The notes beneath the pieces are model-generated. The model was not told the DNA's origin. It saw nothing but the letters and a program-made list of their open reading frames with translations, and made no database searches. From a virus, in IMG/VR virus record IMGVR_UViG_3300029400_000005: a stretch of DNA of 43,044 nucleotides; one strand, written 5' to 3'. Each line of letters begins with the position of its first letter. The stretch's first letter is position 1. Of this stretch, positions 18,139 through 25,826 are shown piece by piece. The position numbers and the translations under genes were made by a program.

Positions 18139-18471
18139 TTAAATGCAGGGCACTGTTTCCTTGATCGTTTTGAGGAAAGCAGCGGCCTTTTTCATCATGC
18201 TGTTTTCCTGCAAAAACTCAATGCCTTTCTGCGTAATGCGAAGGTCAATGACTTTGACGCTGACAGCGGAGCCGATCGACGCAGGGAAAACAAGCCCTAC
18301 AATATAGCCTTCTTCTGTCAGGCTGCGCATGATGTTGAACCAGTACCCCACGGGGATATGAAGAACATCCGCTGAAATGCAGTCCATATCAGGCTGTTCG
18401 CCAGCTTTGAAGCAGGCGTAGAGATATGAAAGAATGCGATATGCAAGAACAAAGTAATCATCCTTGGACAT
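18139..18471 (-). CDS. YjcQ-family winged-helix protein
   Basis: 110 aa, MSKDDYFVLAYRILSYLYACFKAGEQPD...ITQKGIEFLQENSMMKK. Confidence 0.6.
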   Translation of the reverse strand: MSKDDYFVLAYRILSYLYACFKAGEQPDMDCISADVLHIPVGYWFNIMRSLTEEGYIVGLVFPASIGSAVSVKVIDLRITQKGIEFLQENSMMKKAAAFLKTIKETVPCI

Positions 18472-18474
18472 AGG

Positions 18475-18738
18475 TCAATTCTCCTCAAGGTCTAGCCCAT
18501 CGTCGCCCGGAGTAAGCCCGTCCGGGGCAACTTCATCGAAGTATTCGATAAGTTCTTTCATGCTTGCATCCGGGTGCTTTTGTGCATACTCAAGCATCTC
18601 GTCCTCAACCTGATATCCTGCCGGTGCATTCAAAAGCCAAAGCAAATTATTTTCGTCCTCATAGGACATCTCGACATCAGAGGCAGGTTCATAGTGCTCA
18701 CGAACATACTGCACCCATACAGATTCCTGCTTGCTCAT
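18475..18738 (-). CDS. Highly acidic hypothetical protein (87 aa)
   Basis: AGGAGG RBS. By direct count it has 23 Asp/Glu against 4 Lys/Arg. Confidence 0.6.
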   Translation of the reverse strand: MSKQESVWVQYVREHYEPASDVEMSYEDENNLLWLLNAPAGYQVEDEMLEYAQKHPDASMKELIEYFDEVAPDGLTPGDDGLDLEEN

Positions 18739-20468
18739 TTTTTCCTCCTGTTCGTGATTGGAATGCGCCGTTCAACGCTCAGTCCACCAAAGCCATCTGC
18801 AGTAACGTGGTACTGATAATTGGCATCCCGAATAATGACCTTTTCACCAGCCAGAAGCCCCGGGTACTGCGTGTTCAACACACCGGTGAGCCTTGCATAG
18901 GTCTTGGGCTTGAGCTGAATTTTGCTCTCGCTCCTCTGCGGAGACGGTGCGTACTTGGTTTTCTCTATTTTACCGCTCCCGCCGCCGCTTGTAAAGCGTC
19001 CGTCGGAGGGGTCGTGGCGGGAGTTGAAATCGAATACCGAGGTGTCCGCAGTAGGAACCTCAATTCCGGTCAGATTTTCTGTCAGCCCCGCCAGCGGGTC
19101 GCGCATGGCGGTCACGTCCTGATAAGTCTTGCCCGCATTAGCGGCAATGGCTTCATCGGTGATACTGCCGAACATGCCGGTCTCATCGCTCAGGCGGCGC
19201 AGCTCCTGCTGTGCAGCGGGCACATCCAGCAAGCCGGACTGAAACGCACTAACGATGCTGTCAGCCTTGATTTTTGCAATGTCGGCGGTCTCTTTTGCGG
19301 TTGGTGTCCACAGCGGCGGGAAGCTGAGGTCTGCATCTTCCAGTTGGATGCCTGCGGAACGGGCCAGAACAGGCAGCAGCTTTTCCAGAACCGGGCGCAG
19401 TCTGCTTTCCCGCAGGGTATCCACATAGTCGTAGTAGTTCTTCAAATCGCTTTCGCCGGTGGCGTTCATGCCGGCAGGAGAGCGTCCGAACAGCTTCGTC
19501 ATAGGGTAGTGGGATGCGCCGCACAGGTTCAGGCACATGCTCTCGTACACTTCCTGCAGGCCGGTGAAGGTGTACTGTGTATTGTTGATCTTGTTGCCCT
19601 GTTCCACCAGCTGTACACCAAAGTTGGAGCGCAGCACACTCTGGGCCTGCATGGTGTTCCAGAAGCGCCGCTGCACATCCGGGCTGGAAAGGGAAAGCAG
19701 CTGTTCCAGACCCTTGACCTCCATGGTGTTGATGTTGGCCTGAAAGGTTAGCGCTGCCATGTTGGCCGAAACATTATCGTGGGCCACAACATCCTTGTAC
19801 AGGGCTTCCACCTCGGATTCGCCCCAGTAAAGCTCCGCCTGCCGTTCCAGTTCCGGCAGTTCTCTGCCAATGAACCGGACGACGCGGGAGTGATGCACCC
19901 GGGTGACGATATGCCCGGCGGCATCGTTGATGGAATAGAACGCAGGCACCACCTCGCCACCCTCAAAGGTCAGGCCCGGTTCCGGTGAGATACCCTGCCA
20001 GCGGTCAAGGATGTACAGGCCCCGGAAACTGCCGGGCTGGATGCTGTCGGGGTCCAGCGGTTGGGAAAGGTCGGTCTGCCCGGCGATCAGGATCAGCCCG
20101 GCGGCACCGCCATACAGGCGACCCCATTTCAGGCCGGTGGAAATACATCTGCGCAGACCGGCGCGCTGCTCAGCACGATGCAGAGCTTTCAGCTGATCGG
20201 GCGCAGCGTCCTTGAGTTCGTACCATTCCCGCAGCATATCGTCCACCATCAGGCCAACAACATTCTGCACGACCCAGTTTTCACGGTAGAGGCTGTTGAG
20301 CAGCGCATAGTTGCCGGTCATTCGGGTGAGCGGATAGCTGGTGGCTTCCAGCGGGCTCTGGCTGCCATAGCCCAGCCGGAACAGCGGGTTGGAGAAAGCA
20401 TCCAGTGTCAGGGTATTCGGTTGTGTGCCCCCGGCGGGGCGGTTCTTGTTACGCCTGGACATGCTCAA
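18735..20468 (-). CDS. Portal protein (DUF1073 family)
   Basis: 577 aa, directly after terL with a 20-nt overlap. Confidence 0.8.
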   Translation of the reverse strand: MSMSRRNKNRPAGGTQPNTLTLDAFSNPLFRLGYGSQSPLEATSYPLTRMTGNYALLNSLYRENWVVQNVVGLMVDDMLREWYELKDAAPDQLKALHRAEQRAGLRRCISTGLKWGRLYGGAAGLILIAGQTDLSQPLDPDSIQPGSFRGLYILDRWQGISPEPGLTFEGGEVVPAFYSINDAAGHIVTRVHHSRVVRFIGRELPELERQAELYWGESEVEALYKDVVAHDNVSANMAALTFQANINTMEVKGLEQLLSLSSPDVQRRFWNTMQAQSVLRSNFGVQLVEQGNKINNTQYTFTGLQEVYESMCLNLCGASHYPMTKLFGRSPAGMNATGESDLKNYYDYVDTLRESRLRPVLEKLLPVLARSAGIQLEDADLSFPPLWTPTAKETADIAKIKADSIVSAFQSGLLDVPAAQQELRRLSDETGMFGSITDEAIAANAGKTYQDVTAMRDPLAGLTENLTGIEVPTADTSVFDFNSRHDPSDGRFTSGGGSGKIEKTKYAPSPQRSESKIQLKPKTYARLTGVLNTQYPGLLAGEKVIIRDANYQYHVTADGFGGLSVERRIPITNRRKK

Positions 20469-21717
20469 ACCTCCAATCAGGCAGGGAATTTACAAAATAG
20501 CGCAGGGCATCCATTGCGTGGTCGTTCTCCTTTACGGGTTTCTCCACGCCCAGCAGTGCAGCCTTATCGTCCCAGCGGTAAAGGCCAAACTCGTCCAACA
20601 GACCGGTGCAGGCTTTGTTTACCAGAAGGCGGCGCTTGGAGATCAGGGTGCTGCACCGGCGGATGCCGTTCAGTACATCGTTGTTGGCTTCCATGACATA
20701 GACGCCGCGCTGGCGCAGTGCGGTGATGAAAGATGCCGCCGACGGGTCCACATAGGCCGCACAGGGGTTATCTCCCATAAAGGCCATGAAGTCGTCGGCA
20801 TATTCTTCATCGGTTTTCTGGCGGCGTTCCTTGCGGCCATCCCAGCGGTATTCCTGATCAACACGGACGGTCTCGCCGTCGTCAAAGATCGAGAGAAAAC
20901 AGGTTGGGTTCAAGGTTCCGTAGTCTACCGCAATGGTGCGGGTGGAAACGGCCTGCATTGCAGTGGGCGGAACCGTATAGACATTGGCCGTGAAGTCAAA
21001 CATATCGTAGATCAGGCCCTCGGCGGCTCTGCGCTGGCCCAGAATGTCGCGGGCGTACCAGATACTCTTGCGGTCATAGGTGGCAAGCACGGCCCGGAGC
21101 TGCTCGTCCGAGATGCTCATGTTGTCCGCAATGGTGAAGTGTCCATAGTTCAGGCCGTAGGCGGGATTTTCGCGCTGCTTTGCTTCGTGGAAGTCCAGCA
21201 CGGTCTTGTAGTACCAGTGCCCCTCCGCCTTGGGGTTCAGATCATGAAAGACCTTTCTGTCCGGGCTGGACAGGGTACGGTCGAATACTTCCTTGATGAA
21301 AGTTTCGCTGCATTCATTGGCTTCGGTGATGTACGCGGTGCCGTAGGTGTTGCCCTTGATCAGCTTTTCGTCACCGGCTTTGCCACCACCAGACACCAGC
21401 ACCACCTTTTCGCCGGTGGCAGTCTGGATGTACAGACAGTCGCGGTTCTGGTAGGTGCCCTCACGGCAGCGGCCCTCAAAATAGTTTTTCAGGCCGAAGC
21501 CGTCACAGTCCAGAATGTTCAGCCGGGCCGTCGCAGTGGATACGCCCGCGATCAAGTGGATGCGGCTCGGATGCTTTTCAAGAATGGTGCAATACGCCAT
21601 CGTGATAAGCACGTTCTTACCACCACGTTTACCGCCCTCTGCAACGTTGAACCAGTGGTCAAAGCAGCCCCAGAAGAACCGCATCTGGTTTTCAGAAAAT
21701 GGAGCCGGAATGTTCAT
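20449..21717 (-). CDS. terL: Terminase large subunit (PBSX family)
   Basis: 422 aa, ...NVAEGGKRGGKNVLI (Walker A-like), in the position after terS. Confidence 0.85.
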   Translation of the reverse strand: MNIPAPFSENQMRFFWGCFDHWFNVAEGGKRGGKNVLITMAYCTILEKHPSRIHLIAGVSTATARLNILDCDGFGLKNYFEGRCREGTYQNRDCLYIQTATGEKVVLVSGGGKAGDEKLIKGNTYGTAYITEANECSETFIKEVFDRTLSSPDRKVFHDLNPKAEGHWYYKTVLDFHEAKQRENPAYGLNYGHFTIADNMSISDEQLRAVLATYDRKSIWYARDILGQRRAAEGLIYDMFDFTANVYTVPPTAMQAVSTRTIAVDYGTLNPTCFLSIFDDGETVRVDQEYRWDGRKERRQKTDEEYADDFMAFMGDNPCAAYVDPSAASFITALRQRGVYVMEANNDVLNGIRRCSTLISKRRLLVNKACTGLLDEFGLYRWDDKAALLGVEKPVKENDHAMDALRYFVNSLPDWRFEHVQA

Positions 21718-22241
21718 TCTTCAAAGTCCTTGATATCGCGGTTTGGAACAGGCCGTTGCAGCAGATCCGCAAGGGTCTGTATGTCGTTATTTTGAGCAGC
21801 GGCATTTTCTTTTTCGGATGCGTCTTTGTACATACCCAGATGCTTGCCCAACAGGTCAAGGGCTCGGAGCTTATCTGCAAGTTTGACCTCGTGTTCCAAA
21901 CCGTCCTCGCCAAAGCTCTTGACCTTAATGGACTGGATTGCGGCCAGATCATCCCGGGAAGCATCCAGCTTCACGGAAGCTGTCTCCGGGTCGATCAGGT
22001 CGCTGGCGTTTGCAAAAGCAATCTTGGCAAGTTCCCGCACGACACGATCAGCAGATACGCCGGTCCGACGGCTTTGCTCGGCCTGCAGCTGGGCAAGACG
22101 ATTTTGAACCATAACATTTGATAACAGGCGAGCACTCTGCTCTTGGGCTGTTTTGGGGCTGTATCCGGCGCGGATGGCCGCCTGGGTCGCGTTCAGGTCG
22201 ATCATATACTCTTCACAGAACCGCGCCTGCTTGTCGGTCAT
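21714..22241 (-). CDS. terS: Terminase small subunit (Terminase_2 / P27 family)
   Basis: MTDKQARFCEEYMIDLNATQAAIRAGYSPKTAQEQSARLL. I prefer the ATG at 22241 (GAGGTG 6 nt upstream) to the track GTG at 22250. Confidence 0.85.
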   Translation of the reverse strand: MTDKQARFCEEYMIDLNATQAAIRAGYSPKTAQEQSARLLSNVMVQNRLAQLQAEQSRRTGVSADRVVRELAKIAFANASDLIDPETASVKLDASRDDLAAIQSIKVKSFGEDGLEHEVKLADKLRALDLLGKHLGMYKDASEKENAAAQNNDIQTLADLLQRPVPNRDIKDFEE

Positions 22242-22262
22242 CCTCACCACCTCTCTTGCCGT

Positions 22263-22296
22263 AAAATCAAAAAGCCGCCCGGAAGATCCGAACGGC
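22263..22296 (-). terminator. Intrinsic terminator immediately upstream of terS
   Basis: The minus-strand RNA GCCGUUCGGAucuUCCGGGCGGC forms 10 bp (2 G-U pairs) and is followed by UUUUUGAUUUU. It ends about 20 nt before the terS RBS. Confidence 0.6.
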
Positions 22297-22430
22297 AGGA
22301 TATAACAAAGAAACCCGGCTGGTACATTCAGGCTGTTGGTCGGGAAAGGTGATCCTCTGTGTCAGCCGGGCAGCACAAAGCCCGCAGGGATGAAGGGAGT
22401 AAGTCTTTCCTGCGGGCTTCGGCATTTTAA

Positions 22431-22459
22431 ATTTTAGCAGGGGTTGACAGTATTATCAA
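22431..22459 (-). promoter_or_regulatory. Late-leader promoter TTGATA-17-TAAAAT
   Basis: The -35 is at 22454..22459 and the -10 at 22431..22436 on the minus strand, 18 nt after the stop of the regulator gene. Confidence 0.55.
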
Positions 22460-22476
22460 GTCCGGTTCGCTCCGGT

Positions 22477-22896
22477 TCAGTCCGGACTTTTGATCTCCAG
22501 TCTTTTGATGGCCGCGCTGTGGCGCTGGAACATCTGACTGCGGGAAATGCGGACGATGACCGCGATGTCCGGCCAGTCCTCCAGCAGGATGTACCGCCGG
22601 AACAGGATCATGAAATCCACCTCATCGTCCAGCTGGCGGAACACCTCCATGATCTCGGCCCGGATGGCATCGCACACGGCAGACTGCGCCTCAGCGGCCC
22701 GGCGGGCCTCGTCGATGCGTTCCACACTGCGGGGCAGAGCCTGTCCGTCGCCGCTGCCGCCCGGCACAGGGGAAAAGCGCTGGGTGGTGTGGGTGGCATC
22801 GGTCTGCAGCGTGGCCAGCTCGTCAAGTTTGAGCAGCTCAAACCGCTTGGCCGTCCGGAACCGCCAGAGCCATGCCTTTTTTTCTTCGTAGGTCAT
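22477..22896 (-). CDS. Sigma-70 region-4-like HTH protein, putative late-gene regulator
   Basis: 139 aa, ...FMILFRRYILLEDWPDIAVIVRISRSQMFQRHSAAIKRL, in the position just before the terminase genes. Confidence 0.6.
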   Translation of the reverse strand: MTYEEKKAWLWRFRTAKRFELLKLDELATLQTDATHTTQRFSPVPGGSGDGQALPRSVERIDEARRAAEAQSAVCDAIRAEIMEVFRQLDDEVDFMILFRRYILLEDWPDIAVIVRISRSQMFQRHSAAIKRLEIKSPD

Positions 22897-23307
22897 TTAC
22901 AGTTCCTCCACCCGGACGAACACGCCGCAGGGGTCCGACCAGAATTTTTCTACGATCTCGCTGCACACCTGTGCGTCATCGGCCCAGAAGTGCAGGCGGG
23001 TCATTTCGTCCTTGAGGGCCTTTTCCAGATTGTCGGTGTCCGGCTTTGAGGTGCGCCACGCGCCGCTTTTGCGGCCCTCGGCAGGGAAGCACCACTTGAC
23101 CAGCAGACGCACCGGACGGCCTGCGGGGATGGGCTTTTCCGGCGCGTGGGGTGCCAGATGGGCGTGGAGCTTGGCACGGGTCTGTTTCAGCTCCGGGCTG
23201 TCGTGGAGCACCGCGTGCGGCTGCCCGCCCTTCATGTAAGCGTGCAGCTGCTTTGCGTTGTGGGTGGTGGTGGGCGGCTGCATGGGGAGAAAGAATTGCA
23301 TGTACAT
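22897..23307 (-). CDS. rusA: RusA-family Holliday junction resolvase
   Basis: ATG at 23307 with GAGGTG 6 nt upstream. Carries ...SKPDTDNLEKALKDEM..., the RusA catalytic Asp motif. Confidence 0.75.
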   Translation of the reverse strand: MYMQFFLPMQPPTTTHNAKQLHAYMKGGQPHAVLHDSPELKQTRAKLHAHLAPHAPEKPIPAGRPVRLLVKWCFPAEGRKSGAWRTSKPDTDNLEKALKDEMTRLHFWADDAQVCSEIVEKFWSDPCGVFVRVEEL

Positions 23308-23350
23308 GGGGTTCACCTCATTTTTTCTTTTTTTCGGGTTTAGCGCCAAC

Positions 23351-23416
23351 GTGATGGGGAGGGTCCCCGAATGGATGGGGGCTGTGGTCGCCCCATCCTT
23401 CGGGAGACCCCATCAC
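23351..23416 (-). other. Long imperfect GC-rich hairpin in the rusA 5' leader
   Basis: GTGATGGGG...GGATGGGG[loop]CCCCATCC...CCCCATCAC, with GATGGGG and CCCCATC each occurring twice. No U-tract follows on either strand. Confidence 0.6.
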
Positions 23417-23579
23417 AATTGCAGTTGCAGTTTTAGCTATTATATATAGGCTATTTTGCACTGCAAAATCTGCAGTCATAGCGGCTATAACTGCAAAATT
23501 GCAGTTTTTCGTGTCGTGCAAAATAGCGGCTATTTCTGCATTTTTACAACAGCTTGTAATTGAACTTATTACAGCTTGT
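23416..23579. repeat. AT-rich cluster of palindromes and direct repeats (TGCAAAAT family, ATAGCgGCTAT x2, ACAGCTTGT x2)
   Basis: Read directly: 23453..23469, 23491..23504, 23517..23524, 23478..23488, 23521..23535, 23544..23559, 23549..23557 and 23571..23579. Confidence 0.8.
23439..23467 (-). promoter_or_regulatory. Candidate promoter TTTGCA-17-TATAAT, overlapped by a palindrome
   Basis: On the minus strand the -10 is at 23439..23444 and the -35 at 23462..23467. The palindrome ATTTTGCAcTGCAAAAT (23453..23469) covers the -35 and spacer. Confidence 0.45.
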
Positions 23580-25826
23580 TTAGCCTGCGCTGCCGGGTTC
23601 CTTGCGACCGACTTTTTCGCCGTCGATCCAGAAACGTCCGTCATCTTTCAGCCGCGTCTTGATGGTGCGGGGCTTCAGATCCATGTATTCAGCCAGCGCA
23701 TAGACGGTAACTTCGCCATCCATCATGCAGGCTTCAAAGGCGGTGTCCAGTTCGGCCTTTTTGTCCTTGGTCACCTTGCCTTTATCGCCCCAGCGCTTGG
23801 CGGCACCGCGGCTGCCCAGCGTTTTGAAATCGCTGTCCGGCTGCAGGTCCTCCAGCAAGCCGCTGTCCTGCTTGTGCACGGGGTAGTCGAACCAGAGGTT
23901 CACCGGGTCGAAGCGGGCAAACTCGCGCAGGGTGCCTTCGATGCGCCATGCGGTCATGCCGTCGGCCTTTTTCTCAGCGGCCGCGACCTCAGCATCGATG
24001 GCCCGCAGATCTGCAAGGCCCAGTTTTTCCTTTGCGATGGTCAGCATCCGGTGACGGCTGAGGGTATCATCCAAGCCGTAGGCATCCGCATGACCGCGTT
24101 TGTCCAACATGGCCTTGATCACGCGGCAGGCGGCTTTGTTATGCAGCTGTTCCCGGATGGCATCGGTGGGCACCAGCTCGGTCATGTCCAGCATGGCATC
24201 CGGGTCGCGGGCGAACACGCCGGAGCCGGATGCGCGGTCCATGCTGCGCTTGCCGCCTTGGGCACCTTTTGAGTGGTGGTGGCAGTAGATCACGGCACAG
24301 TCCAGCGCGCGGCACACAAGGTCGAACTGGTTGCAGAACTTTGCCATCTGGTCGGCAGAGTTCTCGTCGCCGGTGATGACCTTATAAATGGGGTCGAGGA
24401 TCACGGCGGTGTAGCCTTTTTTCTGGGCCCGGCGGATGAGCTTTGGGGCCAGCTTGTCCATGGGCACGGACGCGCCGCGCAGATTCCAGATGTCGATGTT
24501 CCGCAGGTTCTGCGGGGGCAGGCCGAGGGCGGTGTACACGTCCTTGAAGCGGTGCAGGCAGGAGGCCCGGTCCAGCTCCAGATTGATGTACAGTACCTTG
24601 CCCTGTGCGCAGGAGAACCGGCCCAGCCACGGCCTGCCTTCGGCGATGGCGATGCACAGTTCGATGAGGGCAAAGCTCTTGCCCGCCTTGCTGGGGCCTG
24701 CCAGCAACATCTTGTGGCCCTTGCGCAGCACCCCGGTGATGAGGGCATCGGCCAGCGGGGGCAGGCTCTCCCAGTCGTCGGCCAGACTCTCGGTCTCGGG
24801 CAGTTCGTCGGTTTCCGCTTCCAGCCAGTCCCGCCACTCATCCCAGCAGGATTTCCCGATGTTCGTTTCCAGCAGCACCTGCCGTTTGTCACCGCGCAGG
24901 ATGCCGGGCATCCGGGAAAGGCGGGAAGGGTTGCGGTTCTGCTGGTCGATGGTCAGGCCGTTTTTCTGGCAGGCGGAATAGAGATAATCCACACGCCTGC
25001 GGTACTCGGCGTAGTCCGGGGCATCCACCTTCACGATGGCGTGGACGCTCTTGCCGCCAGAGTAGACCAGCGCCGCACAGGGCAGTTCCAGCTGCTTGAT
25101 GATAGCCTGCTGCTTGCCCAGCTCCATGTTGTCGCACTCTACGAGGGCATAGCGATAGGCAGTAATATTGGCATCCTTGCGTCCGGTGCCGTCCACAGGG
25201 TTGAAGCAGATCCATGCACCTACTTCAGGATCACAGTCGCCCACCACCTTGCCGAGGTCGCCGCCGCAGGCATCCAGCTCGGTGATGAGCTGCCCTGCGG
25301 TGCGGGTCCAGCTGCCTTTTGCAGGTCGGCGGCGGTCGGCGGCCATAAAACTTTCGGTCACATAGGCCACATATTCGTCCGGCTCAAACAGGGCTTGCAG
25401 GTAGCGCTTGAGCTGGTCGGCGGGGTGCCACTCTTCGGGCAGGGCCAGCTCGTGGGCTTCCACCCAGCGTGGATCTACCAGACGGCCCTCGGTTTGTGCG
25501 CCGGTGCCGGCAGAAATATCATCGTTCCAGTCCAGAGCGTGGCCTGCGGGGCCGCTCCATCCGTGGGAGTAGGCCAGCTGGAAGATGCTGCTTGCGGTGA
25601 CGGGGCTGGCCCCGCCGCCGTGAAAGCTTTCCCATTTCTTGACGCACTCGCCCTTGTGATAGCGGCCCGCATCGCGGGTGCTCCACTGTTCCCAGAGGGT
25701 AACGGGCAGGCCGGAATCCTTCAGGGCCATGCCCACCATGAGCCATTCGTCATAGGTCAGGGCGGACGGGGATACGAAGTCCAATGCTTCCTTGAGTTCA
25801 TTTTCATGTTCCATTCGCGTTACCAT
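23580..25826 (-). CDS. Primase-helicase (prim-pol-like domain plus AAA_25/RepA-like ATPase)
   Basis: 748 aa, ...YALVECDNMELGKQQ...SGGKSVHAIVKV...; LLAGPSKAGKSFALIELCIA (Walker A); VILDPIYKV. Confidence 0.75.
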   Translation of the reverse strand: MVTRMEHENELKEALDFVSPSALTYDEWLMVGMALKDSGLPVTLWEQWSTRDAGRYHKGECVKKWESFHGGGASPVTASSIFQLAYSHGWSGPAGHALDWNDDISAGTGAQTEGRLVDPRWVEAHELALPEEWHPADQLKRYLQALFEPDEYVAYVTESFMAADRRRPAKGSWTRTAGQLITELDACGGDLGKVVGDCDPEVGAWICFNPVDGTGRKDANITAYRYALVECDNMELGKQQAIIKQLELPCAALVYSGGKSVHAIVKVDAPDYAEYRRRVDYLYSACQKNGLTIDQQNRNPSRLSRMPGILRGDKRQVLLETNIGKSCWDEWRDWLEAETDELPETESLADDWESLPPLADALITGVLRKGHKMLLAGPSKAGKSFALIELCIAIAEGRPWLGRFSCAQGKVLYINLELDRASCLHRFKDVYTALGLPPQNLRNIDIWNLRGASVPMDKLAPKLIRRAQKKGYTAVILDPIYKVITGDENSADQMAKFCNQFDLVCRALDCAVIYCHHHSKGAQGGKRSMDRASGSGVFARDPDAMLDMTELVPTDAIREQLHNKAACRVIKAMLDKRGHADAYGLDDTLSRHRMLTIAKEKLGLADLRAIDAEVAAAEKKADGMTAWRIEGTLREFARFDPVNLWFDYPVHKQDSGLLEDLQPDSDFKTLGSRGAAKRWGDKGKVTKDKKAELDTAFEACMMDGEVTVYALAEYMDLKPRTIKTRLKDDGRFWIDGEKVGRKEPGSAG

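Noticed and set aside
23416-23579. The repeat cluster as a CRISPR array.
   Set aside because: The repeats are 8 to 17 bp, of several different kinds, irregularly spaced and partly palindromic. There is no repeat-spacer periodicity, and there are no cas genes anywhere in the window.
23318-23644. 108-aa minus-strand ORF across the repeat-rich gap.
   Set aside because: It overlaps the 3' end of the primase gene and runs through palindromes, the long hairpin and the rusA RBS. Its composition is odd, and it has no RBS.
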